This document shows positions 31,724 to 44,444 of a stretch of 64,000 nucleotides of DNA, in pieces (position 1 is the stretch's first letter; each line of letters starts with the position of its first letter). The DNA is from an uncultured Acidobacteriaceae bacterium (lineage in GTDB: Bacteria; Acidobacteriota; Terriglobia; Terriglobales; Acidobacteriaceae): assembly GCA_963810545.1 (NCBI GenBank), contig CAWENE010000005.1, positions 168,253 to 232,252 on the forward strand. Reading direction: 5' to 3'. The translations under genes were made by a program, and so were the position numbers. The notes beneath the pieces were generated by a model. That model had not been told where the DNA came from. It saw nothing but the letters and a program-made list of their open reading frames with translations, and searched no databases.

Positions 31724-33181
31724 TTGAGCTTCTGGGTTTGGTTAGCAGGACTCTACACCCGTTTTGTCGCCTGGTTGATGCGCCGCATGCCGAACGAACG
31801 GCAGCGACTGCTCGCGTTTACGATCCTGGCCGGAGGACTGTGCGGACTTGCGGCTGTCGCGTTCCACATGAGCGTGGCCTGGGTTGAGGGCGTTCTGATT
31901 GACCGAGCCGCTGCGGGCCATGCCGACCCCGGCAATCATTCCTGGATCGTGTGGACCGTGTTGAGCCCTGCGCTGGGCGGCCTGGTTTGCGGACTGGGGC
32001 TTTACTACTTCTCTCCCGCGGCGGCGGGCAGCGGCATTCCCCAGGTGAAGGTGGCGTTTACTTTGCGATCGGGGTTCATTTCGGCCCGGGAGACGATCGC
32101 CAAGTTCGTTCTGTGCGTGATGCAGATTGGGTCCGGCGGTTCTCTGGGAGTGGAGGGACCGACCGTGCACATTTGCGCCGGCGTGAGCAGCCTATTGGCA
32201 CGCGCGGCGCGACTGAATCCCGAAAATCGGCGGCGCATGACATCCGTGGGAATGGCCGCCGGCATTGCGGCGGCCTTTAACGCGCCGATTGCCGCCGTGA
32301 CCTTCACGCTGGAAGAGCTGATCGGCGATCTGGACCAGACCATGCTTTCGGGTGTGATTGTGGCGGCGGCTTTGGCCGCGGTGGTGGAACACACCCTCAT
32401 GGGCGCGAATCCCATCTTTCATGTGCCGCGGGCTTTCGAACTGGGCAATGCGTCGTCGCTCGTGTGGTATGCGCTGCTAGGCCTTTTGGCTGCGTTTGTT
32501 TCGGTGGCGTTTACGGACTCGCTACTCGGTCTTCGCACGTGGTTCAAGAAGTTGCGCGGGGTTCCCAAATGGGTGCAGCCGGCCATGGGCGGCGCCGCGA
32601 CGGGTGGCTTCGCCGTTGTCGGCCTGATGGTTTTTCATTTAGGCGGCATCGCCGGGGATCCGTACAAGACGCTGACGCAGGCTTTCAGCGGGACGATTCC
32701 GGTGACGGCGATGATTGTGTTGTGCGTGCTGAAGCTGGCTGCGACGGTTACTTCGTACTCCAGCGGCGGCGCGGGCGGCATTTTTGCGCCGGCACTGTTT
32801 ATGGGTGGCATGCTGGGCGGCGCTGTCGGTTATATCGACGTGACTGTCTTTCACCACCCGGCTGATTCCATCGGCGCATTTGCCGTGGTGGGGATGGGCG
32901 CGGTGTTCGCCGGGATTGTGCGCGCACCGATGACGTCGATCCTGATTATTTTCGAGATGACGCGCGGCTATGGTCTGGTTTTGCCGATGATGATTGCCAA
33001 CATGAGCGCGTTTGCCCTGGCGCGGCACTGGAGAAAGACGCCTGTTTACGAAGCGCTGCTGGAACAGGATGGGATCTATCTCCATGAGAAACCAGAACCG
33101 GTTCCGGCGGACGACAGCGACCCCGACGACGAAACGCCGCTGTTTACCGACGTGAAAGACCGGGGGACGTTCGTCGAATAG
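31724..33181 (+). CDS. ClC family chloride channel / H+/Cl- antiporter (no CBS domains)
   Basis: GSGIP, GVEGP, AAFNAP, FTLEEL, GGIFAP, PVYE. Confidence 0.92.
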   Translation: MSFWVWLAGLYTRFVAWLMRRMPNERQRLLAFTILAGGLCGLAAVAFHMSVAWVEGVLIDRAAAGHADPGNHSWIVWTVLSPALGGLVCGLGLYYFSPAAAGSGIPQVKVAFTLRSGFISARETIAKFVLCVMQIGSGGSLGVEGPTVHICAGVSSLLARAARLNPENRRRMTSVGMAAGIAAAFNAPIAAVTFTLEELIGDLDQTMLSGVIVAAALAAVVEHTLMGANPIFHVPRAFELGNASSLVWYALLGLLAAFVSVAFTDSLLGLRTWFKKLRGVPKWVQPAMGGAATGGFAVVGLMVFHLGGIAGDPYKTLTQAFSGTIPVTAMIVLCVLKLAATVTSYSSGGAGGIFAPALFMGGMLGGAVGYIDVTVFHHPADSIGAFAVVGMGAVFAGIVRAPMTSILIIFEMTRGYGLVLPMMIANMSAFALARHWRKTPVYEALLEQDGIYLHEKPEPVPADDSDPDDETPLFTDVKDRGTFVE

Positions 33182-33199
33182 CTTCGGCTGTGTCCAGCC

Positions 33200-34291
33200 C
33201 TACCTCGATGGCTGTTCGTTGTAGAGGAACAGCGCACGCAACTCGAGATAGGGTCCGTGGAATTCACGCGGAAGCGGGGGGTAGTTTGAGCCCGTAATCG
33301 CGCCCCAGGCTGCCCGGTCCAGGCCCGTGTCGCCGGAGCGGCCTTCGAGCACCATGTCCGTGACCTGCCCGTTGGGAAGAACCTTAAACCGGATTTGCAC
33401 CGCTCCCGACTTGAGGATGGGTGGATTGACCTCATCCGGAATGAGCGGGTCCCATGTGTGCTCGGTCTCGTAATACCAGCGATGCAACCAAGAGTTGAAG
33501 TCGACTCCCTGGGTGTCGGAGAGAATCTGCACCCCTCCAGCGCCGGCGCCGGGATGCCGGGATAGCCCTCCAACCGGTTGCGCTCCGGAGTCCGAACCGG
33601 CGTTACGAGCGGCGCCGCGCATGGCTTCTTTCAGCTGGTCAGCCGGATTTTGCGAACCCATGGCGAAGTTGGGGCGAGCTGGAACCGCGGGCGGATGGGG
33701 AGCCTCGACCGGCGATTCAGCCTTGGGGGATGGCGGCACAGGCGTTGGCTGTGGCTGCGCCGGGTTCTCGATCTTCGGGGGCGTGGTCGGTTCCGGGAGG
33801 GGCGGAGCCGTAGGTTTGTTCATCGCCTCAAGGGTCTTTTTGTCGATCTGCGGGCGCTTTTCCGGAACCGGCTTGATCTGCACCTTGGGCTGCAGCTTCT
33901 TTAGAAGGTCAGGAGGCAAGTCGAGGTAACTCAGATCCTTACGCTGCTTTATTGCGTCGAATGGGTCGATGACCGGCGGAACCCTGAAGACATACTTGGG
34001 AATCCAGGTGATGGCGGAGAGCAGGACCAGGTGAATCAGGATGGCAAGCCAGATACCCTCGCGCAGGCGAGCCCAGCGGCGCTCATCTTCGAGCTCGCCG
34101 ATCATCTCCAGGAGTTCGTGGGTATCGTAGTCGACCCAACGGGAACGCGTGCGCGGGGCCGGTTGCGGCTCTTCTTCGGGAAGCGGAGATTGAACGGGCC
34201 CCTGAGAATCGAGTCCGGTACCCGCTGGATCGTCGGGTTCGTTCACCTTGGTTGGTGTTTCTGTGATGGGCATGCGCTCAACGGGAGCCAC
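33200..34291 (-). CDS. TonB/TolA C-terminal domain protein
   Basis: TM helix with ILIH, Pro-rich linker, SDTQGVDF ... SGDTGLDRAAWGAI. Confidence 0.82.
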   Translation of the reverse strand: MAPVERMPITETPTKVNEPDDPAGTGLDSQGPVQSPLPEEEPQPAPRTRSRWVDYDTHELLEMIGELEDERRWARLREGIWLAILIHLVLLSAITWIPKYVFRVPPVIDPFDAIKQRKDLSYLDLPPDLLKKLQPKVQIKPVPEKRPQIDKKTLEAMNKPTAPPLPEPTTPPKIENPAQPQPTPVPPSPKAESPVEAPHPPAVPARPNFAMGSQNPADQLKEAMRGAARNAGSDSGAQPVGGLSRHPGAGAGGVQILSDTQGVDFNSWLHRWYYETEHTWDPLIPDEVNPPILKSGAVQIRFKVLPNGQVTDMVLEGRSGDTGLDRAAWGAITGSNYPPLPREFHGPYLELRALFLYNEQPSR

Positions 34292-34490
34292 AGGTGCGGC
34301 CGACGGTCCGTTTCGATTCCTTCCTGTCTATTTTCTCATCCTCCGCGAAATTGCGGCAGAGCCAGGGTCCTTCATTGGTCACTGGGGTGGATGGTGGGGC
34401 CTCGCGGTCTCCGGCACATAGCGTACCCGGGGCCGAACCGTACAATGGGTCTTCTGGAATGGACGGATTCGCAGGGGGAAAGAGACCCGT

Positions 34491-35108
34491 TTGAAGCAGT
34501 TTTTCGTGAAACTGGCAGCCAAGTGGAAGCTGGTGATTCTGCCGGCGATGCTAAAGCTCGGTTTCTGGGGCGCAGCCGCGGCCGCACTGCTCGATTCCTC
34601 CTCCATCCCTATCCCGATGGACATCCTGATCGCCGGGTGGGTCTGGAACGATAAGGGGCATTTCTGGCTCTATTGCCTGATGGGCGGAGTGGGTTCGGCT
34701 ATCGGGGGCTTGGTTCCCTACGGAATTGGGCGAGCGGGCGGAGAGCTGTTTCTGCTGAAGCGCGTCGATCGGGCCCGATTCGACCGGCTCCGCGACAGAT
34801 TCGAGCGGCAGGAATTTCTCGCGGTCATGATTCCGTCGATGATGCCGCCACCGACGCCGTGGAAGATGTTCGTTTTCGCTGCGGGCGTGTTTGAGATGCG
34901 GATTTTGCCCTTTATGCTCGCGGTATTTGCCGGACGGCTTGTTCGATGGATGGCATTGTCGCTTCTGGTCCTAAAATTGGGACCTGGAGCCGTCGGATTG
35001 GTACAACACCACGCCCTGACGGCGCTGCTCGTGGTCGGCGTACTGGCGATGATTGGCTTTGGCTGGTGGTGGATCCGCAAACGCCGAAGCGGCGGGATGC
35101 TGGCCTAG
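34491..35108 (+). CDS. YqaA/VTT (DedA-like) membrane protein
   Basis: LLDSSSIPIPMD, GSAIGG, PPPTPWKMFVFAAG, GRLVRW. Confidence 0.85.
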   Translation: MKQFFVKLAAKWKLVILPAMLKLGFWGAAAAALLDSSSIPIPMDILIAGWVWNDKGHFWLYCLMGGVGSAIGGLVPYGIGRAGGELFLLKRVDRARFDRLRDRFERQEFLAVMIPSMMPPPTPWKMFVFAAGVFEMRILPFMLAVFAGRLVRWMALSLLVLKLGPGAVGLVQHHALTALLVVGVLAMIGFGWWWIRKRRSGGMLA

Positions 35109-35151
35109 CTGCCCAAGTAATGATCCGGCCTGAGTTCGTGTCTGCGAGAAA

Positions 35152-35700
35152 CTACTTGCCGGCCAAAGCCGTTTGGGGCTCGGTCCCCTTCATGCGGCGG
35201 ACCAGGACCGGAACGCCGAAGGCCAACCCGGCAACGATACCCGTCGATATCAGGTCATTCCGGTAAAAGGGAAGCGCCGCGATGTAGCAATCGCGCAGTC
35301 CGGCCACCGTGTGCGGATACATGCCCCCCGCAGCCCAAACCGCATAGTCGGAGACGATGAAGAACGAAGTCGGCCCCAGGATCACACCGGCGGCAACTCG
35401 GACGAACGTGGTGCGCGCATGGAGCAGGATCCAGCCCAGAGCCATTGCCATCCCGTACCAGGCCCACGTCGTGACGTATCCCTGCCAGCGGAAGGGGTAG
35501 GTGTAAATCTGCGTGGTCAGGAAGTAGTCGGTGGCCATCAGCGCGGCCACGGGGCCAAGCATTTCGCGCCACGAGCGCCTTGCGCCGAAGAAAAGCAGCG
35601 CGCCGCCGACTGCCGTGAAGTTGAACCAGTCGGGATGGGGAAAAGCGGCCAGCAGGAGGCGGCTCAAAATGGCCAGAACGATCAGCAAATAAGCAGGCAT
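35152..35700 (-). CDS. DUF6580 family putative transport protein
   Basis: NFTAVGGALLFFGA, FFIVSD, YPHTVAGL..CYIAALPFYRN; GGAGG SD. Confidence 0.78.
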   Translation of the reverse strand: MPAYLLIVLAILSRLLLAAFPHPDWFNFTAVGGALLFFGARRSWREMLGPVAALMATDYFLTTQIYTYPFRWQGYVTTWAWYGMAMALGWILLHARTTFVRVAAGVILGPTSFFIVSDYAVWAAGGMYPHTVAGLRDCYIAALPFYRNDLISTGIVAGLAFGVPVLVRRMKGTEPQTALAGK

Positions 35701-35962
35701 AACGCCTCCGATGCGGGAATCCCCCTTGAGAGGCTCACGAGGGTAGGAGAAGCAATACATCCATTCTGAGGTGTACGCGCGGGCCGGTCAACCTGGTTGC
35801 CTCGTCACGCGCATAAAAGTTTTCATTGGAGGCAACGGAGGGGTACTTGGCCTCAAGATCGTGTGGCAGGCGCGTCGGCAGGTCCACGTCACCAAATTGA
35901 AGGGGAGTTGCCTGAATATCTGCGGTGTCTGTGCATTGCGGCGTACGTGAACGAGGCAGCTC

Positions 35963-37024
35963 TCAGGCCCTGCGTTTTGCGTGGGCGCGGGCTCTCTTTC
36001 TATGCGCTGTCGATTTTGAGTTGCCCGAGTTTGAGGCGACCTGGTTCAGGCTTGCCGACCTGCCTCTGCGCCGGTGCCCGCCTGCCGGACGAAGCGTGGC
36101 ACTGACAAAGTGCTCGGCGGTGGCAGGGCTGTCGGCGTAAGCGGGGTCAAGCATGGCGATGACGGCGATGGCGCGGGTGCGATAGAGCTTCGCCCACTGG
36201 CTTTGCATCAGAGAGTGCTGTACCGATCTCCAGTACTCGAGATCGCCGGCGCCAGGACTCGCCAACGAGGCATCCGCAACCTGCGCGGGTTTGCCGTCGT
36301 TGAGGAGAGACAGGAATTCATCGAACCTGGCAAGATTGACGCCCATCTGGTAGACGAGCTGACTCAAAGCCATTTGCTGCGAAGCGCTCATCTGGTCGAA
36401 ATTGCGGCAATAAGCTCGCGCGTTATAGATGGCCTGGATGGCCGCGATACGCAGAAGAAGTGTGGCTTCGTCGTCGGTGATCTGCGGCGTCAGGGTCCTG
36501 ATCTTCTGGCGAAATCTCTTCTTCTTCCACATCGAAAATCGGTCGTTGTATTCATTGAGGATCGCCTGGAGCCGCACCGGATCCAATCCCGAAGCAAGCC
36601 AGAGGTCGGCAGAGGATGGCTCAAGAAAAGGGTGAGGATTCAAAGGATCGGGCTGCGTATGCTCTCGTGCCGGAAGATCGAGGGTGAATCCGGCGCCGAT
36701 CAGCGGGTGGCCGGTCTTCGGGTCTGGATACGCTGCCAGCACCCAACCCTCGTGACGGCGGTCGCGCAGGATTTCCATCAGGTCGCGAATGTCGAATTTA
36801 ACGTCCGAATCGTTGAAGCTCCGCAACAGCTCGACCGCAGATGACTCCGCGGCAAGAGATGGAGACGTTGTTTCAGATGGGACGATTGCGGGCGATGCGG
36901 ACGGGAGTGGGTCTGGTGCTTGCGCTGACGCGGCAGGCGTGATTTGAGCAGCTGCACCACAACACAGGCCAGCGCATAGGACAGCCACAAATACGAAGAC
37001 GAATTGCCGTGGCGCGACACGCAT
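35963..37024 (-). CDS. Exported protein with T4-lysozyme-like (GH24) domain
   Basis: Signal peptide; RHEG..AYPD..GHPLIGAG; QQMALSQLVYQMG; QSQWAKLYRTRA. Confidence 0.7.
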   Translation of the reverse strand: MRVAPRQFVFVFVAVLCAGLCCGAAAQITPAASAQAPDPLPSASPAIVPSETTSPSLAAESSAVELLRSFNDSDVKFDIRDLMEILRDRRHEGWVLAAYPDPKTGHPLIGAGFTLDLPAREHTQPDPLNPHPFLEPSSADLWLASGLDPVRLQAILNEYNDRFSMWKKKRFRQKIRTLTPQITDDEATLLLRIAAIQAIYNARAYCRNFDQMSASQQMALSQLVYQMGVNLARFDEFLSLLNDGKPAQVADASLASPGAGDLEYWRSVQHSLMQSQWAKLYRTRAIAVIAMLDPAYADSPATAEHFVSATLRPAGGHRRRGRSASLNQVASNSGNSKSTAHRKRARAHAKRRA

Positions 37025-37185
37025 GTCGGAAAACAAGACCGTTCTCAGGATTCCTGCTTACGACAATGACGGAAATTGCGCGCGGACGCAATCACCTAAG
37101 AGGGGAATGTTCGGAAAAAGTAATAAATCCTTCCTGATTTGAATGCTGGAGGACGGGTGTCGGGCGCGTTGATTGCACAGCGGCG

Positions 37186-38298
37186 CTATTTCTGTACACG
37201 GCTGCCCATGCCTTCGGCGGCTTCGTCATGGCCATCGACGATATAGACCCAGCCGCTGAGAGGGGCTGGACCGGACGATCTGCCGGTGCCTCGAAAAGCA
37301 TAAGCGAAACGCAGGTCTGAAAACTCAATGGTCGTCCAGGTTCGGCCAGGGGGAAGTTGCGGAGGATCGACACCAGGGACCGGATACTGGCCCACATCGC
37401 GAACAACAGCCCACGTGCCCCAATCGAGATAGACGCGGCCCAGCAGGGTGCGCTTCGCAGCTTCGACGGCAGGCGTGTCCGTCGGCTTATAGAGAACATC
37501 GCGCGGCGATTCGCTGTCGATCGAGTCGGTACGGGTATTCACCTCGGCGGTCTGGTAGTAGTTCTGCGTTTCAAGAATGGCGTGCCAGCGGAAGGGATTG
37601 ACCGGGAAGGGCTCGATGGCCATGCGCGAGACAGGCGCAGAAGTGACCGGTGCGCTTTCGAGCATTGCCTCCGCCTGGGCGTGCTCTGCCCAGCGCCAGC
37701 ACCAGACCGCGACCATGCCACACAGCGCGAAGATGGCCCATCCCCTGCCACGGAACTGTGTTCGGCGGGCCCCTATTTCGGTATCGGTTAGGCCAAGAAG
37801 CCAGGGAACAATCATCGCCATGCCTAGCAGGAGCCACAGCACCGGTTCCGCGATGAAGACAAAGCTGCCGGCATACCAGCGCGGGTTAAATGGGAAAAAT
37901 GGACGAACGCCGTAGTTGTTGGTCCAGTCGAGAAGGATGTGGCTGAGCGCGGCGATGAAGGCGGCGCAATAGACCCAGGCCCAGCGCACCGGTACCGCGG
38001 GCAGGCTTACTTCTCGGTTGAGTGCCGTCGCTTTGCGGCGCCGTCGGGTTTCCCACCAGCGATGGAAGAGCCAAATGGCCCCCGTCGCAGCGGCTGCCAC
38101 GAATGGCACCCCGAGAAACGTATGGGTAATACCGCGATGGTGTTTCAGCTCCTCGACGGGACCGGCAAAGCCCCAGAAAATATCGAGGTCCGCCGCTTCG
38201 GCGGCCAACGTGGCGGCCAGTGTGGCGTAAGCTGTTTTACGATTCAATCCGGCGCGGCCGATGCAGGCGCCGGTAAGGAAGTGCGTGATGGGCTCCAT
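37186..38298 (-). CDS. YdjM-like metal-dependent membrane hydrolase
   Basis: MEPITHFLTG, ADLD, HHRGITH, SHILLDWTNNYGV. Confidence 0.85.
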   Translation of the reverse strand: MEPITHFLTGACIGRAGLNRKTAYATLAATLAAEAADLDIFWGFAGPVEELKHHRGITHTFLGVPFVAAAATGAIWLFHRWWETRRRRKATALNREVSLPAVPVRWAWVYCAAFIAALSHILLDWTNNYGVRPFFPFNPRWYAGSFVFIAEPVLWLLLGMAMIVPWLLGLTDTEIGARRTQFRGRGWAIFALCGMVAVWCWRWAEHAQAEAMLESAPVTSAPVSRMAIEPFPVNPFRWHAILETQNYYQTAEVNTRTDSIDSESPRDVLYKPTDTPAVEAAKRTLLGRVYLDWGTWAVVRDVGQYPVPGVDPPQLPPGRTWTTIEFSDLRFAYAFRGTGRSSGPAPLSGWVYIVDGHDEAAEGMGSRVQK

Positions 38299-38320
38299 AG
38301 CTCGCTGAATTCCATAGTAA

Positions 38321-40510
<2,190 letters not shown>

Positions 40511-40544
40511 ACTCGCGAGGGCGTTGTCCGCTCGCCAGCATGCT

Positions 40545-41090
40545 TCAGGCGATCGAGCGTCTCCGCGTCCTTGAAGACGCGGAGACGCTGCGTTTTTCGC
40601 GCTCCTTCTCCCGCTTCCAGGCTTCTTCACGCCAGGCGCGGGAGTTGAAATTGGGCTGGGGGATGGGCATTTCCGGTCCATCGCTAGGCGTAAGAGCGAT
40701 CGGCTTCAGGACGCGCGTCGTCGAGTCGTACCCGTCGACGTAAGTTGCAGGAACCGGCGGAACGATTCGCGCTGGAAGCGGGTGCGCAGCAGCCGAAGTC
40801 AGGCTGGCATCGGTCGGCACTGGAATCACTTCCGGCAATTCCATCGCATCGTCATCTCTTTCCGCAACGGCAGGGGCTCCTCGCATAGCGAGAGTTCGCG
40901 CCATAAAGTCGTCGACGAGCTTGTGAAGACAGGTTTGCCCGCAAAGGTGTTTCGCACTTGTGCGCAGACGAGCCTGCGAGCTCCACCCACCGATGCGGAG
41001 TTCCGCTCCGTGCTCATACGCCACAAACCAGTGGTTGGTTTGCTGCTTGTCTCTTCCGCAGATGTCACACGAAATGGCCTGGCGAATCAC
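40545..41090 (-). CDS. Hypothetical protein with Cys/His metal-binding motif
   Basis: CDICG ... NHWF ... HLCGQTCLHK; GTG start after a purine-rich SD. Confidence 0.7.
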   Translation of the reverse strand: MIRQAISCDICGRDKQQTNHWFVAYEHGAELRIGGWSSQARLRTSAKHLCGQTCLHKLVDDFMARTLAMRGAPAVAERDDDAMELPEVIPVPTDASLTSAAAHPLPARIVPPVPATYVDGYDSTTRVLKPIALTPSDGPEMPIPQPNFNSRAWREEAWKREKEREKRSVSASSRTRRRSIA

Positions 41091-41294
41091 CGGACCTTCT
41101 TCCTCCAGGGCACAAGTGCCTGCTTCCTCTTTCATCGGACAGCGGCGCGATGCGTACAGCCTGGAAATGAAGCAATCATAGGAAAACGCCAAAAGGGGTG
41201 GGACATTCAGATACGGGAAAAGAGGATTGAAATTTCAAAATCGGAAATAGGGCACGCGACTGCTTCGGAGTAAGATTCGTGCGAGCCGATATTC

Positions 41295-42300
41295 CTACTG
41301 GCGCGGCGCGAAGTAGCCTTTTTTCGCACGTACCTGGTACCTGCGATCGTTGCAGTAGAGATAGATCGTGCGGAATGCGCCATTGTATTGGAAGTCGGCG
41401 GGCGTATAAGTGAGCGCGTACTGGCTGCGCAATTCCTCTTCGATTTCCTTGAAGCTGTTCGACATTTCTTCAACCGAAGGCGGAAAGAAGACCCGGCCGC
41501 CGGTCGCTTCGGCCATGTCACTCAGCACTTTGTCCCCTTTGCCTCGGCTGGGGGTCCAGTTGGTGCTGATCGCGTAAATGATGGTTTCGGCGCGCTGGCA
41601 TTCCTTGATCGCCTCATCGGGATGAACGCGGCTCTGGTTGTCGTCTCCGTCGGAGATCAGGATCATGGCCTTGCGCACAGGTTCCTGGCCGCGCGAGACG
41701 TCAAGAAGTTTGTCGCGGCATGCGGTATAGACCGCATCGAAGAGAGCCGTGCCGCCGCCTGGGCGGAGGCGGTTGATCCCGGTCTCAAGCGCATCGAGGT
41801 TATTGGTCCAATCCTGTTCCACGGTCGGCGTCACATCGAAACCCATAACAAAGGCGCGATCGCTGCGCGCTTTGAGAATCTCGAGAAGGAATTCAGTGGC
41901 CGACTGCTGTTCGAACTGAAAACGTGTGCGGATCGAGGTGCTGGCGTCGATCACAATGCCGACACGCAGCGGCAGATTGATCTGCTGGCGGAAGGAGTTG
42001 ACTTTCTCGGGCGCCCGCTGATCGTCAAGCAGGGCGAAGTCGTTCAGCTGGAGATTGGGGATGTAGTGGCCGTGCTTGTCGGTGACGGTGAAGATGAGAT
42101 TGACTTCGTTCACGCCCAGACGAAGGGTCGGCGCTGTCGGTCGCGTCCGCATCGTTGCCTGTTTGCGACGCGGGCGCCTGCGCTGTGGGTTGTTGCGTTG
42201 CCGGCGCGGGGGTCGCCGACGTCGGCGCTGGCGATTGCGCGTGCAAAGCAGCGACACAACTGCACGCCGCAAGTACCAAGCCTAACAACTTTTGGTTCAT
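41295..42300 (-). CDS. Acidobacterial VWA domain protein (apparent frameshift near 42130-42160)
   Basis: DASTS MIDAS, GGTALFDA, ISDGDDN, ELRSQY, GYFAP; signal peptide MNQKLL.. lies in another frame. Confidence 0.85.
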
Positions 42301-42355
42301 ATCCCTTTTATTCTACCAATCCGATATTGAGCGCAAGTTACTTATGGTTGTCGCT

Positions 42356-43358
42356 CTAGGTTCGTGAAACATGCTCGAGGCTCTCAAGAAAGGCCTCTAA
42401 TTCCTGAGGAAGCGGGGCCTCAAGTTGCAAGGACTTCCTCGACGTTGGATGCTGAAATTCCAGTTGTGCCGCGTGAAGAAAGTTTCGGCCGAGCCGCAGC
42501 CTCTCGGGGTCATGCTTGCGGCCAGCCGCTTGCTGTTCGGTGAGTTGGCCTGCGGCGCCGTAGAGCGTATCGCCGACGACAGGGTGACCGAGGGACGCCA
42601 TGTGGACGCGGATCTGGTGCGTGCGGCCGGTTTCAATGCGCACGCGGATTAGGGTGAATTTGCCGAAGCGGGTTGTGAGCCGGCGAACCACGTCATAATG
42701 AGAGACGGCGGAACGGGCATTTTCGGTAGGTCGAGCGGTCATGCGCGTGCGCCGAAGGGGATCGCGACCGACCGCGGCATTGATGGTTCCCTTGTCTTTC
42801 TCAAGATCACCGTGGACAAGCGCAATGTACGTCTTGCGGATTTGCCGGCCGGAAAATAGCTTCGCGAGCGCTGCATGGGCGGCATCGTTCTTGGCCACGA
42901 TGATCAGTCCGCTGGTGTCCTTGTCGAGCCGATGCACGATTCCCGGACGGAGGTCGCCGCCAGTCGACGAGAGCGCGTGGAAACGATGCAGCAGTGCGTT
43001 GACAAGGGTGCCGCGGCTGCGCGCATCTTCCGATTTGGCCTGAGCCTGCGTGGACCATCATGCCGGCCGGCTTGTTGACGACAGCAAGGTCTGCATCCTC
43101 GAAGACCACGTCGAGCGGAATGTCTTCCGGCGTGGCCTTGAGCGGCGCCGGATGCGGCTCGCCGGTGATGACGATCTGCTCGCCGCCGCGCAGTTTGAGC
43201 GAAGCCTTGGGTTGCGCGCCATTCACAAGCACGTCGCCCTGTTCGAGGAGCAGCTGCACTCGCGAACGGCTCACGCCCTCGAGTTGCGTGGCGAGAAAGT
43301 GGTCGAGGCGCTGACCGGAGGCTTCCGGCGGCACAAGCACTGTGCGCGCTTCAGTCAT
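42356..43358 (-). CDS. rluD: RluA/RluD family pseudouridine synthase (apparent frameshift near 43035)
   Basis: S4 domain RLDHFL..SRSRVQ, VNKPAGMMVH; HRLDKDTSG, TGRTHQIRVH, GDTLYG, LHA. Confidence 0.88.
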
Positions 43359-44179
43359 GCGGGACCTCGACAGCCTCGGAGGGCATGGGCTGCTCCACGA
43401 TGCGTGCACTCTCGCGCCTTCGAAGCACGAGAGCACCAATCAAAACCAGCACAATCGCGGCCAACTGCGGTCCGTCCAACGCGCCATTGAAGAGCGCGCC
43501 GCGTCCCTCGGGATCGCGCCAGAACTCCGTGAAGTAGATGGCCGCACCAAACGCAAGAAAACCATGCCGGCGACTTCACCCCGCTGCCGCCGATGCGGGG
43601 TCCAGAGGAAAAGTGAAACGGAAATGGCAAGGAACGCCAATGCGGCATAGGCCTGTACAGGATGAACCGGCACGAACAGCGGTGTGCCGCTCCAGCGCGC
43701 AGCGAGAGGATGCGTATAGACGACTGCCCACCGAGCGGATGTTTCGGTCCCATAGCCCGACGCCGGACATGAGAGCGCCCAACTGCTCGCAAGCGAGAGC
43801 CAGCGCGATCGGCGCGAGCAAGCGCATCGGCAGTGGGTCCGGCCGGCAGACGCTGCCAGAGCACGTAAGGTAGAGCGGCTGCCAGCGCAAACACTGCGCC
43901 AATCCCCGCGAGCAATGGGTGGTGAACCATGGCCAAGCCAAGCAGCCATGCGGGATGACTGCGCACCACCGTCCAGTTGAGGGCGAGGAGCAAAAGGCGG
44001 GAACCAGCGAGCGCTGCGAACAGCGCAACGATGCAGAGATTCCACAGCTGATTGGGATTCACGCCCGCCATGCGCGCGGTGCGCTGGAGCAGCATCAAAG
44101 CGAGCAAAACGCCAAGCGCTGCCAACACGCCGTAGGAAGGAATGAGAATCGGACCGAAGTGGAAGAGGACTGGATGCAC
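43355..44179 (-). CDS. lgt: Prolipoprotein diacylglyceryl transferase (several apparent frameshifts)
   Basis: VHPVLFHFGPILIPSYG; SGYGTET..WAVVYT..VHPVQAY spread over three frames. Confidence 0.8.
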   Translation of the reverse strand: MHPVLFHFGPILIPSYGVLAALGVLLALMLLQRTARMAGVNPNQLWNLCIVALFAALAGSRLLLLALNWTVVRSHPAWLLGLAMVHHPLLAGIGAVFALAAALPYVLWQRLPAGPTADALARADRAGSRLRAVGRSHVRRRAMGPKHPLGGQSSIRILSLRAGAAHRCSCRFILYRPMPHWRSLPFPFHFSSGPRIGGSGVKSPAWFSCVWCGHLLHGVLARSRGTRRALQWRVGRTAVGRDCAGFDWCSRASKARECTHRGAAHALRGCRGPA

Positions 44180-44218
44180 GTAAGAGAAGGATATCTTCTC
44201 GAGGCAGGAGAAAAGTAG

Positions 44219-44408
44219 AAGCCGACCCACTGGGCCGTGGGCGATGCGCTGGTGAACCCGTCCTAAGACGGTGGAGCTCCCCGCGGTTCATTAGGCATTC
44301 CGGACTGGCGGACACGGCACACAGAACCGATTATCGAGTAGAGCCCCTGTTCATTGAATGTTGGTTCAACCAGCGTTGACCACCCACCTGCTTTGCAGGC
44401 CGGTTTCT
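44219..44408 (-). ncRNA. ssrS: 6S RNA
   Basis: Downstream of zapA; long self-complementary rod with TGAACC/GGTTCA, GGGGCTC/GGAGCTCC and gtggg/cccac pairings; own sigma70 promoter. Confidence 0.85.
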
Positions 44409-44415
44409 ATTGCGG

Positions 44416-44444
44416 ATAGTAGGGGTACTGGCGAGGAATTGCAA
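44416..44444 (-). promoter_or_regulatory. sigma70 promoter of 6S RNA
   Basis: TTGCAA-17 nt-TACTAT. Confidence 0.75.

Noticed and set aside
35701-35960. Possible cobalamin riboswitch upstream of the DUF6580 gene
   Set aside because: No B12-box or core motifs were found; a plausible TTGACC-17-CAGAAT promoter leaves only a short leader
35963-37024. Prophage remnant around the lysozyme-like gene
   Set aside because: The neighbours are ordinary membrane and housekeeping genes; no integrase, holin or structural genes
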